Assembly: GCA_022614695.1 (NCBI GenBank)
Contig: JAKEIC010000077.1
Span: 1 to 57,437, forward strand
DNA from: Planctomycetales bacterium
Lineage (GTDB): Bacteria > Planctomycetota > JAKEIC01
Direction of reading: 5' to 3'
Length of the DNA stretch: 57,437 bases
Positions 50,044-57,437 of the stretch are shown one piece after another; positions within the stretch are counted from its first letter, which is position 1, and each line of letters opens with the position of its first letter. The position numbers and the translations under genes were made by a program. The notes beneath the pieces were generated by a model. The model was not told the origin of the DNA and made no database searches. It saw only the letters and a program-made list of their open reading frames with translations.

Positions 50044-51174
50044 TCAATTCCCTCGCGCCTCCTCCGCCTTCCGGAGGAGCTCCTCCGCCTCCTTGAGGCG
50101 ACCTGCTGCTGCTTCGAGGAAGCGAGCCCGCTGGGCTTCGCGGAGCTGCTGCTCCAGGGCGCCGCGCTCCGCGGGTTCGTCGGGGAGCCGAGCCGCCGCC
50201 TCGAAGGCCTCGATGATCCTCTCGATCAGGTCAAGGCGGTCCGGAACGTCGGAGACGATCAGCGAATTCGTGACGACATCGTAGTCCACCCCGCCGAGGG
50301 GCTTCCCGCTCTTGTCCCGAGTCAGGCAAGCCTCGACGGCACGGGCCAGCGGGAACTTCACGTCCTTGTCCCAGAGCCTCTCCCGGACGTCCTGCCGGTC
50401 GGTGCGGGTGGGACCCGCGCTGCGGAGCCGGATGACCCGCGTCTCGAGATGCTTCTTGAGCCCCTCCGGGTTCCGGATGACCCAGATGTCCGCGTCCGGC
50501 TCCTTCACGAGGGTCATCTCGACAGCCTTCACCACCGAGTCCAGGGCCTTCCTCCAGGGGGTCCTCCGGAGTCGCACCGAGACGGGCAGCGGCCTCGGCA
50601 CGTCGCTCCCGACGACGACGTTCGCGCCCACGGCCGCGGCGATCGCCTGAACGACATCCCGAAGGTCGGCCTTCTCGAAGTCGAGATCCACGACGGCCGG
50701 TCGTGAGACCGTCCAGACGGCGCCGGACTTCTCGGAGACGCAGCCCGCGGCATCCGCCACGATGCGCAACGCGTCTTCCCAGTGGACATCCTCGAGCTTC
50801 ACGGTCACGAGGATCGGCGGCCAGACGTCCGCGAGCGGCGTCCTCTGCGCGTCCTTCCCCAGCAGGATGTTCCGCCCCGACTTCTCCTTGAGGAACGCGA
50901 TCGCCTCGACGAGAGGCTTCTCCTTCACGTCGAGCGTGATGCGCGGCTCGTCCTCCAGAGGTGCCGCGAGGATCCCGGCGACCGCCCCGAACCCCGCGCG
51001 GCCAAGATCGAACGGGAGCCGCAAGTTCCTCCCCGGCGCTCCGCCCCGCTCGAAGCCCCGGAGATCACGGGCCTCCGGCTCGGGCGGGTCCTCCTGCGCC
51101 CGTGCTGGTCCCGCGACTGCGGGCAGGACTGCGCAGGCTATCCCGCCGACGAGGGCCATCCACCTCGCGCCCAT
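50044..51174 (-). CDS. Secreted hypothetical protein with two STN/secretin-N-like short repeats and a C-terminal coiled coil
   Basis: I prefer ATG 51174, giving the signal peptide MGARWMALVGGIACAVLPAVAGPARAQ. The track start 51504 runs into the upstream gene. The repeats are ITLDVKEKPLVEAIAFLKEKSGRNILLG and VDLDFEKADLRDVVQAIAAAVGANVVVG. The functional call is weak. Confidence 0.5.
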   Translation of the reverse strand: MGARWMALVGGIACAVLPAVAGPARAQEDPPEPEARDLRGFERGGAPGRNLRLPFDLGRAGFGAVAGILAAPLEDEPRITLDVKEKPLVEAIAFLKEKSGRNILLGKDAQRTPLADVWPPILVTVKLEDVHWEDALRIVADAAGCVSEKSGAVWTVSRPAVVDLDFEKADLRDVVQAIAAAVGANVVVGSDVPRPLPVSVRLRRTPWRKALDSVVKAVEMTLVKEPDADIWVIRNPEGLKKHLETRVIRLRSAGPTRTDRQDVRERLWDKDVKFPLARAVEACLTRDKSGKPLGGVDYDVVTNSLIVSDVPDRLDLIERIIEAFEAAARLPDEPAERGALEQQLREAQRARFLEAAAGRLKEAEELLRKAEEARGN

Positions 51175-51200
51175 AGCGTCCTCCCTTACCCCGTGAACTC

Positions 51201-52343
51201 CTACGGTATGACCTGAATGACCTCGACCGGTTGGCTGATCCCCTTCGCCTTGATGCGTCCCACGACCTCGAACTTCATCTCCTTCTTGATGTCCTGGCTC
51301 CGGCCGAGGATCGCGTCGAAGGTGTGCTGGCTGATGAGGATCTGGCCGGGTTCGGCGGCCTCGCAGAGGCGGTGGGCGAGGTTCACGTGGTGGCCGAGGA
51401 CGGTGTATTGCATGCGCTTGTCCGTGCCGATGGTGCCGACCATCATCTCGCCGGTGTTGATGCCGATCCCGAGTTGCGGCGCGGGCTTCCCTTCCGCCGC
51501 CCACTTCTCCGTGAGCTTCTTGTGGCCGCGCTGCATCTCGATCGCGACGCGCAGCGAGTCGAGCGCGTGGTTCTCGTTCGGGATCGGCGCCCCGAAGATC
51601 GCCATCACCTCGTCGCCGACCACCTTGTCGAGAGTCGCCTCGTGCTTCTCGATCATTTCAATCATGAGCCCCAGGTACTCGTTGATGATGTCCCGCACGG
51701 CCTCCGGAGGCATCTTCTCCGAGGTCGAGGTGAAGCCGCGGAGGTCCCCGAACAGCACGGTCATCGCCTTTCGCTCGGCCTTGAAATAGTCGCGCTTGAG
51801 CTCCTTCATCTTCGCGATCACGGCGGGCGCGACGAAGCGCTGGAAGGTCTGCTCGAGGTCGCGGAGGTCGGTCAGGTCCTCGATCAGGATCTGCGGCTTC
51901 CCGTTCTCGACGTTCACCTTCACCCGGTAGGTGAGGTCCTTCCCCTGGGCCGGGTCGGGCCACGTCCGCTCGCGGGAGACCGGCCGCCCGTTCCCGCGCG
52001 CCTCGGAGACCAGCTCGCGGAGGAGCCCCGGTCCCCAGGGGAACTGGTCCACCGCGGAGAGGTGCTGGCCGACCAGGTTCTCGCGCGGGACGCCGAGGGC
52101 CTTGGCGAGCGCCGAGTTCAAGTACTCGATCCGATCCTGCTCGTTGAGTTGGATGACCTTCTCCTCGAGGCCGGCGATGCTGCGGAGCGCGCCCTGCTGC
52201 CCGGTGCCCTCCTTCTTGAGGACCCGGACCTGACGCCGGAGCTCGGCGAGCTCGTCGAGGAGCTCTCGTTTGCTGGTGAGCCGGTCGAGGAGGCCCATGA
52301 GGGAACGGGCGCCCGCGGCCCGAAGAGTCGAGCGCTTGGGCAC
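51201..52343 (-). CDS. PAS-domain class III adenylate/guanylate cyclase
   Basis: It has an N-terminal coiled coil and a PAS-like IEYLNSALAKALGVPRENLVGQHLSAVD. The cyclase domain reads MTVLFGDLRGFTSTSE...LDKVVGDEVMAIFGAP...GIGINTGEMMVGTIG...YTVLGHHVNLAHRLCE. Confidence 0.85.
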   Translation of the reverse strand: MPKRSTLRAAGARSLMGLLDRLTSKRELLDELAELRRQVRVLKKEGTGQQGALRSIAGLEEKVIQLNEQDRIEYLNSALAKALGVPRENLVGQHLSAVDQFPWGPGLLRELVSEARGNGRPVSRERTWPDPAQGKDLTYRVKVNVENGKPQILIEDLTDLRDLEQTFQRFVAPAVIAKMKELKRDYFKAERKAMTVLFGDLRGFTSTSEKMPPEAVRDIINEYLGLMIEMIEKHEATLDKVVGDEVMAIFGAPIPNENHALDSLRVAIEMQRGHKKLTEKWAAEGKPAPQLGIGINTGEMMVGTIGTDKRMQYTVLGHHVNLAHRLCEAAEPGQILISQHTFDAILGRSQDIKKEMKFEVVGRIKAKGISQPVEVIQVIP

Positions 52344-52391
52344 CCCGAGGATCGGGCAGGTTACCGGAGCCTGGGGAAGGGGTCAACGCGC

Positions 52392-52419
52392 TTGCGCCCG
52401 GCCGCTCGGTCGCGATAAT
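52392..52419 (+). promoter_or_regulatory. Candidate promoter for rpmB
   Basis: TTGCGC (52392-52397), a 16-nt spacer, then GATAAT (52414-52419). An SD-like ggagggcggaggg precedes ATG 52448. Confidence 0.4.
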
Positions 52420-52447
52420 CCCCCGCCCCGGGAGGGCGGAGGGACGC

Positions 52448-52705
52448 ATGGCTCGCGAGTGCCAGTACTGCGGGAAGAAGACGCGCTCCGGGATGATGTA
52501 CACCCGCCGCGGGCTCGCGAAGAGGAAGGGCGGCGTCGGCCGGCGCATCACGGGCCACAACAAGCGCACCTTCGAGCCCAACGTCCAGAAGATCCGCGCG
52601 GTCGTCGGGGGGCGGGTCGTCCGCGTGAAGATCTGCACCCAGTGCCTCCGGACCGGCCTCGCCCAAAAGCCCGCCCCCGGGCGCGGGAAGAAGCCCGCGT
52701 CCTAG
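52448..52705 (+). CDS. rpmB: 50S ribosomal protein L28
   Basis: MARECQYCGKKTRSGMMYTRRGLAKRKGGVGRRITGHNKRTFEPNVQKIRAVV..., the characteristic L28 N-terminus and length. Confidence 0.9.
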   Translation: MARECQYCGKKTRSGMMYTRRGLAKRKGGVGRRITGHNKRTFEPNVQKIRAVVGGRVVRVKICTQCLRTGLAQKPAPGRGKKPAS

Positions 52706-52751
52706 CGCCCCGGCTGACGGGGCTCCGGCGGGCCGCTACCATCACCCGCGC

Positions 52752-53687
52752 ATGGCGGCGGGACGAACGGCGCTCCCGGTCACCGAGCGGGTGAACCCCG
52801 CGACCGCGGACCTCGACCTCCTGCCCACGCGCGAGGTGGTCGCGCGGCTCCTCGCCGAGGAGGCGAAGGTGCCGGCGGCCGTCGCCGCCGAGGCGCGGGC
52901 GATCGCGCGCGTGGCCGACCGCGTCGCCGGGGCGCTCGCCGGGCGAGGCCGCCTCCTCTACGTGGGCGCGGGGTCGAGCGGGCGCGTGGGCGCCGCCGAC
53001 GCGGCCGAGTGCCCGCCGACGTTCGGGACCGATCCGGAGCGCGTGGTCGCGATCCTCGCGGGGGGGCCCGGAGCGCTGCTCCGGGCCGTCGAGGGCGCCG
53101 AGGACTCGGCCGAGGACGGGGCGGCGGCCGTGGCGTCCCGCGGCACGGGGCCCGGCGACGTCGTCGTGGGCCTCTCGGCGAGCGGTCGGACCCCCTTCGT
53201 GCTGGGGGCGCTGGCGGAGGCGAGGCGCCGCCGGGCGTTCACGGCGCTGGTGACCTCGGCGGGCGCCCCGCGCGGGACCGCCGACCTGGTGATCGCGCCG
53301 TGGACCGGCCCGGAGGCGATCGCCGGTTCCACGCGCTTGAAGGCCGCCACCGCGGCGAAACTCGTCTGCTCGGCGATCACCACGGCGGCGATGGTCCGCC
53401 TCGGGAAGGTCCACGGGAACTTCATGGTGGACCTGACCCCGGCCTGCGCGAAGCTCCGGGACCGGGCGCGGAGGATCCTCGGGGACCTCGCCGGAGCGCC
53501 GCCCGCCGAGGCCGACCGCCTGCTCGCGGCGGCCGGCGGGTCGGCCAAGGTCGCCGTCGTGATGGCGCGCGCCGCCTGCGGCGCGGCCCAGGCCCGGGCC
53601 CGGCTCGCGCGCGCGCGGGGCGCGCTCCGGCGGGCGCTCGACCACGGGCCCCGACGCCGCGCCCCGCGGAGGAAGGGGGCCCGGTGA
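52752..53687 (+). CDS. murQ: N-acetylmuramic acid 6-phosphate etherase
   Basis: It has TERVNPATADLDLLPTREVV, LLYVGAGSSGRVGAADAAECPPTFG, GLSASGRTPFV, STRLKAATAAK and FMVDL, which is the SIS-domain MurQ pattern. Confidence 0.85.
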   Translation: MAAGRTALPVTERVNPATADLDLLPTREVVARLLAEEAKVPAAVAAEARAIARVADRVAGALAGRGRLLYVGAGSSGRVGAADAAECPPTFGTDPERVVAILAGGPGALLRAVEGAEDSAEDGAAAVASRGTGPGDVVVGLSASGRTPFVLGALAEARRRRAFTALVTSAGAPRGTADLVIAPWTGPEAIAGSTRLKAATAAKLVCSAITTAAMVRLGKVHGNFMVDLTPACAKLRDRARRILGDLAGAPPAEADRLLAAAGGSAKVAVVMARAACGAAQARARLARARGALRRALDHGPRRRAPRRKGAR

Positions 53688-54706
53688 GCCCCCTCGCCCC
53701 CTTCCGCCTCGAGCCGATCCTCAAGGAGAAGCTCTGGGGCGGCCGCCGGCTCGCCGAGGTGCTCGGCCGCCCGCTCCCGCCCGGCGCGCGCGTCGGCGAG
53801 TCGTGGGAGGTCTCGGACGTGGGGGACGACGTCTCGCGGATCGCGTCGGGCCCGTGGCGGGGCCGGACCCTCCGCGACCTGGCGCGCGCGGAGCCGGCGG
53901 CGCTCTACGGCCCCGGGCGCCTCGCCCCGCCGTGCTTCCCGCTCCTCGTGAAGTTCATAGACGCGACCGAGGCGCTCTCGATCCAGGTCCATCCCGACGA
54001 CGAGACGGCCGCGGCCCTCGGCGACCCGTCCGGGAAGGCCGAGGCGTGGGTGGTCCTCCACGCCGAGTCCGGCGCCTCCCTTTGGCGAGGGCTCGAACCG
54101 GGCATCACGCGGGCCCGGTTCGGCGAGCTGCTCGAGGCCGGCCGCGCGTCCGAGGCGATCCACAGGATCGCGGCGGCGGCGGGGGACGCGGTCTACGTCC
54201 CGCCCGGGAGCGTCCACGCGATCGGGGCGGGGATCCTCCTCTACGAGATCCAGCAGGCGGCCGACGTGACCTATCGCCTCGACGACTGGGGACGCGTCGG
54301 GGGGGACGGGAAGCCGCGGCCGCTCCAGCGCGGGAAGGGGCTCCGGTCGGTGGATTTCGTGACGCCCTGCCTCGACAAGCGCCCCCCCGCGCGGCTCGGG
54401 CCCGGCGACGAGCTGCTCGTCGCGTGCGAGAAGTTCACGCTGCGTCGGTGGCCGGGGCCCGCCGAGCGCGAGGAGGACCCCGGACCGCTCGGTCCCCACG
54501 TCCTCACGTCCGTCGCCGGGGAGTGCGTGCTGGCGGGCGCCTTCGGGGAGGAGCCCCTCCGGCGCGGGGAGACCGTGCTGGTCCCGCACGCCGCGGGCCG
54601 GTACCGGGTGCGCCCGCGCGGGGAGGCGACGCTCCTCTGCGCGAGCGCGCCGGGGCTGGCCAATTCCCCTCCTTCCGGCTGGCGCCGGGGCGGGCCAGTC
54701 GCTTGA
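53684..54706 (+). CDS. manA: Type I mannose-6-phosphate isomerase (cupin)
   Basis: GTG 53684 overlaps the murQ stop (GTGA). It has LEPILKEKLWGGRRL, ESWEVSD, FPLLVKFIDATEALSIQVHPDD, GKAEAWVVL and VYVPPGSVHAIG. Confidence 0.75.
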   Translation: MSPLAPFRLEPILKEKLWGGRRLAEVLGRPLPPGARVGESWEVSDVGDDVSRIASGPWRGRTLRDLARAEPAALYGPGRLAPPCFPLLVKFIDATEALSIQVHPDDETAAALGDPSGKAEAWVVLHAESGASLWRGLEPGITRARFGELLEAGRASEAIHRIAAAAGDAVYVPPGSVHAIGAGILLYEIQQAADVTYRLDDWGRVGGDGKPRPLQRGKGLRSVDFVTPCLDKRPPARLGPGDELLVACEKFTLRRWPGPAEREEDPGPLGPHVLTSVAGECVLAGAFGEEPLRRGETVLVPHAAGRYRVRPRGEATLLCASAPGLANSPPSGWRRGGPVA

Positions 54707-54728
54707 ATGGCGCCCCCGCGGGATCCCC

Positions 54729-55724
54729 ATGGCGACCACGAGACTCAACCGGCTGCTCGCCTCGGCGGGCTACGGCTCGCGCCGGGCCTGCGACGAGCTG
54801 ATCGCCGAGGGGCGGGTCACGGTGGACGGGTTCCCCGTGCGGGACCTCGGCGTCACCGTGGACCCCGAGGAGCGGGACGTCCGCTGTGACGGCGTGCGGG
54901 TCCGGCCCGCGCGGCGGGTCGTCTACGCCTTCCACAAGCCGCGCGGAGTGATCTGCACCGACGCCCCGGGGAATGCCCCGCGCGCGGTGGACTTCCTCCC
55001 GAAGGACGGCCGGAGGCTCTTCGCGGTCGGGCGGCTCGACGCCGAGTCGTCCGGGCTCCTGCTCTTCACCAACGACGGCGACCTCGCCAACCGCATCGCC
55101 CACCCGCGCTACGGGGTCCCGAAGACCTACCGCGTCCGGGTGAAGGGCGAGGTCCCGGAGGCCGACGTCGCGCAGATCGAGCACGGGGTGTGGCTCGCCG
55201 AGGGGCGCACCGGCCCCGCGCGGGTCCGGGTGGTCCACCGCGAGCGGCAGAAGACCATCCTCCTCGTCACGATCCGCGAGGGAAGGAACCGCGAGGTGCG
55301 CCGGGTGCTCGCGCGGCTCGGCCACCGGGTCGTGCGGCTCACGCGGGTCGGGATCGGCGGGCTGCCGCTCGGGAACCTGAAGCCCGGGCGGTTCCGGATC
55401 CTCGCGCCCGAGGAGGAGTGGACCCTCGTCGAGAGCACGGCGCCGCCGGCGCGCGCCATGGAGCCGCCGTGGCCGGAGCGCCGGAAGGACGATTCGACGC
55501 GGCGACACGGGGACGCGGCGACGCGGCGAGGAGCCAAGCCGGGAGACGCCGCCCCGTCCCGCGCGCAGGGAAGCTGGGCCCGGAGGCCCCCGTTCGGGCG
55601 CGGGAGCGCCGGAGGGAGCGGAGGGGGCAAGAGCCGCGGACCCGGGCACGGGCGGGGAGACCGACGGAGGCGGCACGGAGCCGGAGGACGGCCGCGCCGC
55701 AGACATCGCAGGAGGGACCGATGA
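54729..55724 (+). CDS. rluB: RsuA/RluB-family pseudouridine synthase with an Arg/Gly-rich C-terminal tail
   Basis: The S4 domain reads RLNRLLASAGYGSRRACDELIAEGRVTVDG. The catalytic motif reads GRLDAESSGLLLFTNDGDLANRIAHPRYGVPKTY. The last ~90 aa are low-complexity and R/G-rich. Confidence 0.8.
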   Translation: MATTRLNRLLASAGYGSRRACDELIAEGRVTVDGFPVRDLGVTVDPEERDVRCDGVRVRPARRVVYAFHKPRGVICTDAPGNAPRAVDFLPKDGRRLFAVGRLDAESSGLLLFTNDGDLANRIAHPRYGVPKTYRVRVKGEVPEADVAQIEHGVWLAEGRTGPARVRVVHRERQKTILLVTIREGRNREVRRVLARLGHRVVRLTRVGIGGLPLGNLKPGRFRILAPEEEWTLVESTAPPARAMEPPWPERRKDDSTRRHGDAATRRGAKPGDAAPSRAQGSWARRPPFGRGSAGGSGGGKSRGPGHGRGDRRRRHGAGGRPRRRHRRRDR

Positions 55725-57437
55725 ACGTGACCACCCGGAGCCTCATGGCGGCGGCGTCCGTCGCCGTACTCGTGGGTTGCCAGGGAGGCGGGGCCCCCTC
55801 CGCCTCGGGCGGCGGGGACGCGCGCCCGGGGACGACCGCACCCCCGGCGACGGCCCCCGCCTCCGCGCCGGCCCCGGCTGCGCCCGCCCCGGACCCGAAG
55901 TGGAAGGAGGTCTCCGTGCTCACGAAGCCGTCGTCTTCCGACGGGGTCACCGAGGCGAAGCTCGGGAACGGCCTCCGGATCCTCGTCCAGGAGATGCACG
56001 ACGTCCCCGTCGTGACCGCGATGGTCTGGTACCGCGTGGGCTCCGCCAACGAGAAGGACGGCGCGACCGGGCTCTCGCACTATCTCGAGCACCTGATGTT
56101 CAAGGGGACCGACAAGCTGAAGAAGGGCGAGATAGACGACATCACTCTCCGGAACGGCGGCGCGAACAACGCCTTCACGTCCCAGGACTACACCGCCTAC
56201 TACTTCGACTTCGCCTCGGACCGCTGGGAGGTGGCTCTCGAGATCGAGGCGAACCGGATGCGGAAGTGCGCGTTCGACCCGAAGGAATTCCAGGCCGAGA
56301 AGAAGGTCGTGCTCGAGGAGCTGAAGATCAACCTCGACAGCCCCGACGGGAAGCTCGAGCGGAAGATCGAGGAGACGCTCTTCGCCGGCCTTCCCTACCG
56401 CCACCACGTCCTCGGGACGCTCCAGGACGTGACGGACCGCGTGGACCAGGACGTGGTCAAGACCTACTACGACCGCCACTACTGGCCCGCGAACGCCACC
56501 GTGGTCGTCGCGGGCGACGTGAGGACGGAGCGCGTGCTCTCGCTGGTGGCCGAGAGGTTCGGCGGGATCGCGCCCGGGAACCCCGCCGACCCGCTCCCGG
56601 CGAAGCGGGCCGCCCCGCCCGGCGACCGGCGCGTCGAGGTGCGCCAGCCGCTCGAGGTCCCGCGGTTCACCGTGGGCTACCCGACCGTGCGCACGGGGGA
56701 CCCGGAGGACTACGTCCTCGACGTGACCCGTCAGGTCCTGGTCGGCGGGAAGTCCTCCCGGCTATACCGCCGGCTCGTGGACGGCGAGAAGCTCGCGACG
56801 GACGTCTCGGCGTGGAACGACTCGCGGCGTCTGCCCGGGGCCTTCTTCGTGAGCGTCGAGCCGAAGGCGGAGGCGGACCGGGCCCGGATCGAGGCTGTGG
56901 TCGCCGAGGAGATGGAGCGGCTCGGGAAGGAGCCCGTCTCCGAGGCGGAGTTGTCGCGGGCGAAGAACCTGATCGTCGCCTCGTTCGTTTTCGAGAAGGA
57001 GACCGCGCACAACCGCGCCTCGGCGCTCGGCAAGTACGACACGATCGCCGACTGGCGTTACGTCGAGACGTACGTGCCGAGGATCGAGGCGGTCGCGGCG
57101 GCCGACGTGAGGCGGGTGGCCGCGGAGTTCCTCGTGCCCAAGAACCGGATCACGGGCTGGGCCCTCCCGCCCGAGGACGGCCCGAAGGGCGGCGCCGGGG
57201 GCGGGGCCGGCGCCGGGGGCGGGGCCCGGCGCTCGGCGCGTCCCGGCCAGGCCGGGTTCCGCGGCCACTTCCGCTCGCCCCTCCAGTCGGCCGGCGGCGC
57301 CGGTGCCGACGCGCCCGCGCTCCCGGTCCGGCGCTTCGCCCTCCCGAACGGGATGAAGCTCCTGGTCCTCCCCCGGAAGGGCGCGCCCATCGTGGCGCTC
57401 CGCGCCTTCGTGGACGCCGACCGGCGCCACGAGCCGA
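55721..57437 (+). CDS. M16 (pitrilysin/insulinase) family zinc peptidase lipoprotein, 3' partial; a second M16 module begins near the window end
   Basis: This ORF is not in the supplied ORF track because it has no stop in the window. ATG 55721 overlaps the rluB stop (ATGA). MNVTTRSLMAAASVAVLVGC is a lipobox. LRILVQEMHDVPVV...GLSHYLEHLMFKGT carries the inverted HxxEH zinc motif. I translated the frame to nt 57437 by hand without meeting a stop. After a Gly-rich linker it reads RRFALPNGMKLLVLPRKGAPIVALRAFV, which restarts an M16 N-domain. Confidence 0.85.
   Translation, partial: MNVTTRSLMAAASVAVLVGCQGGGAPSASGGGDARPGTTAPPATAPASAPAPAAPAPDPKWKEVSVLTKPSSSDGVTEAKLGNGLRILVQEMHDVPVVTAMVWYRVGSANEKDGATGLSHYLEHLMFKGTDKLKKGEIDDITLRNGGANNAFTSQDYTAYYFDFASDRWEVALEIEANRMRKCAFDPKEFQAEKKVVLEELKINLDSPDGKLERKIEETLFAGLPYRHHVLGTLQDVTDRVDQDVVKTYYDRHYWPANATVVVAGDVRTERVLSLVAERFGGIAPGNPADPLPAKRAAPPGDRRVEVRQPLEVPRFTVGYPTVRTGDPEDYVLDVTRQVLVGGKSSRLYRRLVDGEKLATDVSAWNDSRRLPGAFFVSVEPKAEADRARIEAVVAEEMERLGKEPVSEAELSRAKNLIVASFVFEKETAHNRASALGKYDTIADWRYVETYVPRIEAVAAADVRRVAAEFLVPKNRITGWALPPEDGPKGGAGGGAGAGGGARRSARPGQAGFRGHFRSPLQSAGGAGADAPALPVRRFALPNGMKLLVLPRKGAPIVALRAFVDADRRHEP

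Noticed and set aside
1-57437. Search for mobile elements, integrases/invertases, reverse transcriptase (DGR/retron), CRISPR-Cas, toxin-antitoxin or classical defence genes that could explain the kinase cassettes.
   Set aside because: I recognised none in any frame. The cassette-switching idea therefore has no cognate enzyme in this window and remains a hypothesis that depends on homologous recombination or on genes encoded elsewhere.

Overview
Very GC-rich (roughly 70% by eye) bacterial chromosomal segment, densely coding on both strands, with about 35 supportable genes. The gene content resembles Planctomycetota/Myxococcota-type lineages: giant FG-GAP/VCBS and IPT/TIG surface proteins, a DUF1570-like peptidase, many eukaryotic-type Ser/Thr kinases, a GT39 glycosyltransferase and a secreted HEAT-repeat protein. 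The taxon cannot be fixed from sequence alone. Housekeeping genes are rsgA, rpmB, murQ, a type I mannose-6-P isomerase, rluB, moeA, a serA-like dehydrogenase, a NifU-like protein, two amidohydrolases, a UbiA-type prenyltransferase, a crotonase/thiolase-like/DUF35 operon and an M16 peptidase. The M16 peptidase runs off the 3' end and is absent from the supplied ORF track. Signalling genes are unusually dense, with nine Ser/Thr kinase genes and two class III nucleotidyl cyclases. The main finding is a seven-member paralogous family, here called K1-K7, of single-pass receptor kinases with a conserved juxtamembrane module and C-terminal TPR arrays, at three loci (5.4-7.9 kb, 22.8-30.9 kb, 42.4-46.9 kb). 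Three members (K2, K3, K5) are intact ORFs that begin exactly at the DFG motif and so lack the N-lobe and catalytic loop. K1 has no usable start codon. The full-length members carry in-frame palindromic (fold-back) DNA modules exactly where the truncated members begin. K1, K4 and K6 carry a conserved double hairpin whose first arm is the GNILV coding sequence itself. K7 carries a different heptad-phased palindrome at the same site. No recombinase, transposase, reverse transcriptase, CRISPR array, tRNA or rRNA was recognised. Many long ORFs in the track are antisense or out-of-frame shadows typical of high-GC DNA and were rejected. All coordinates, counts and alignments were done by eye and need computational confirmation.
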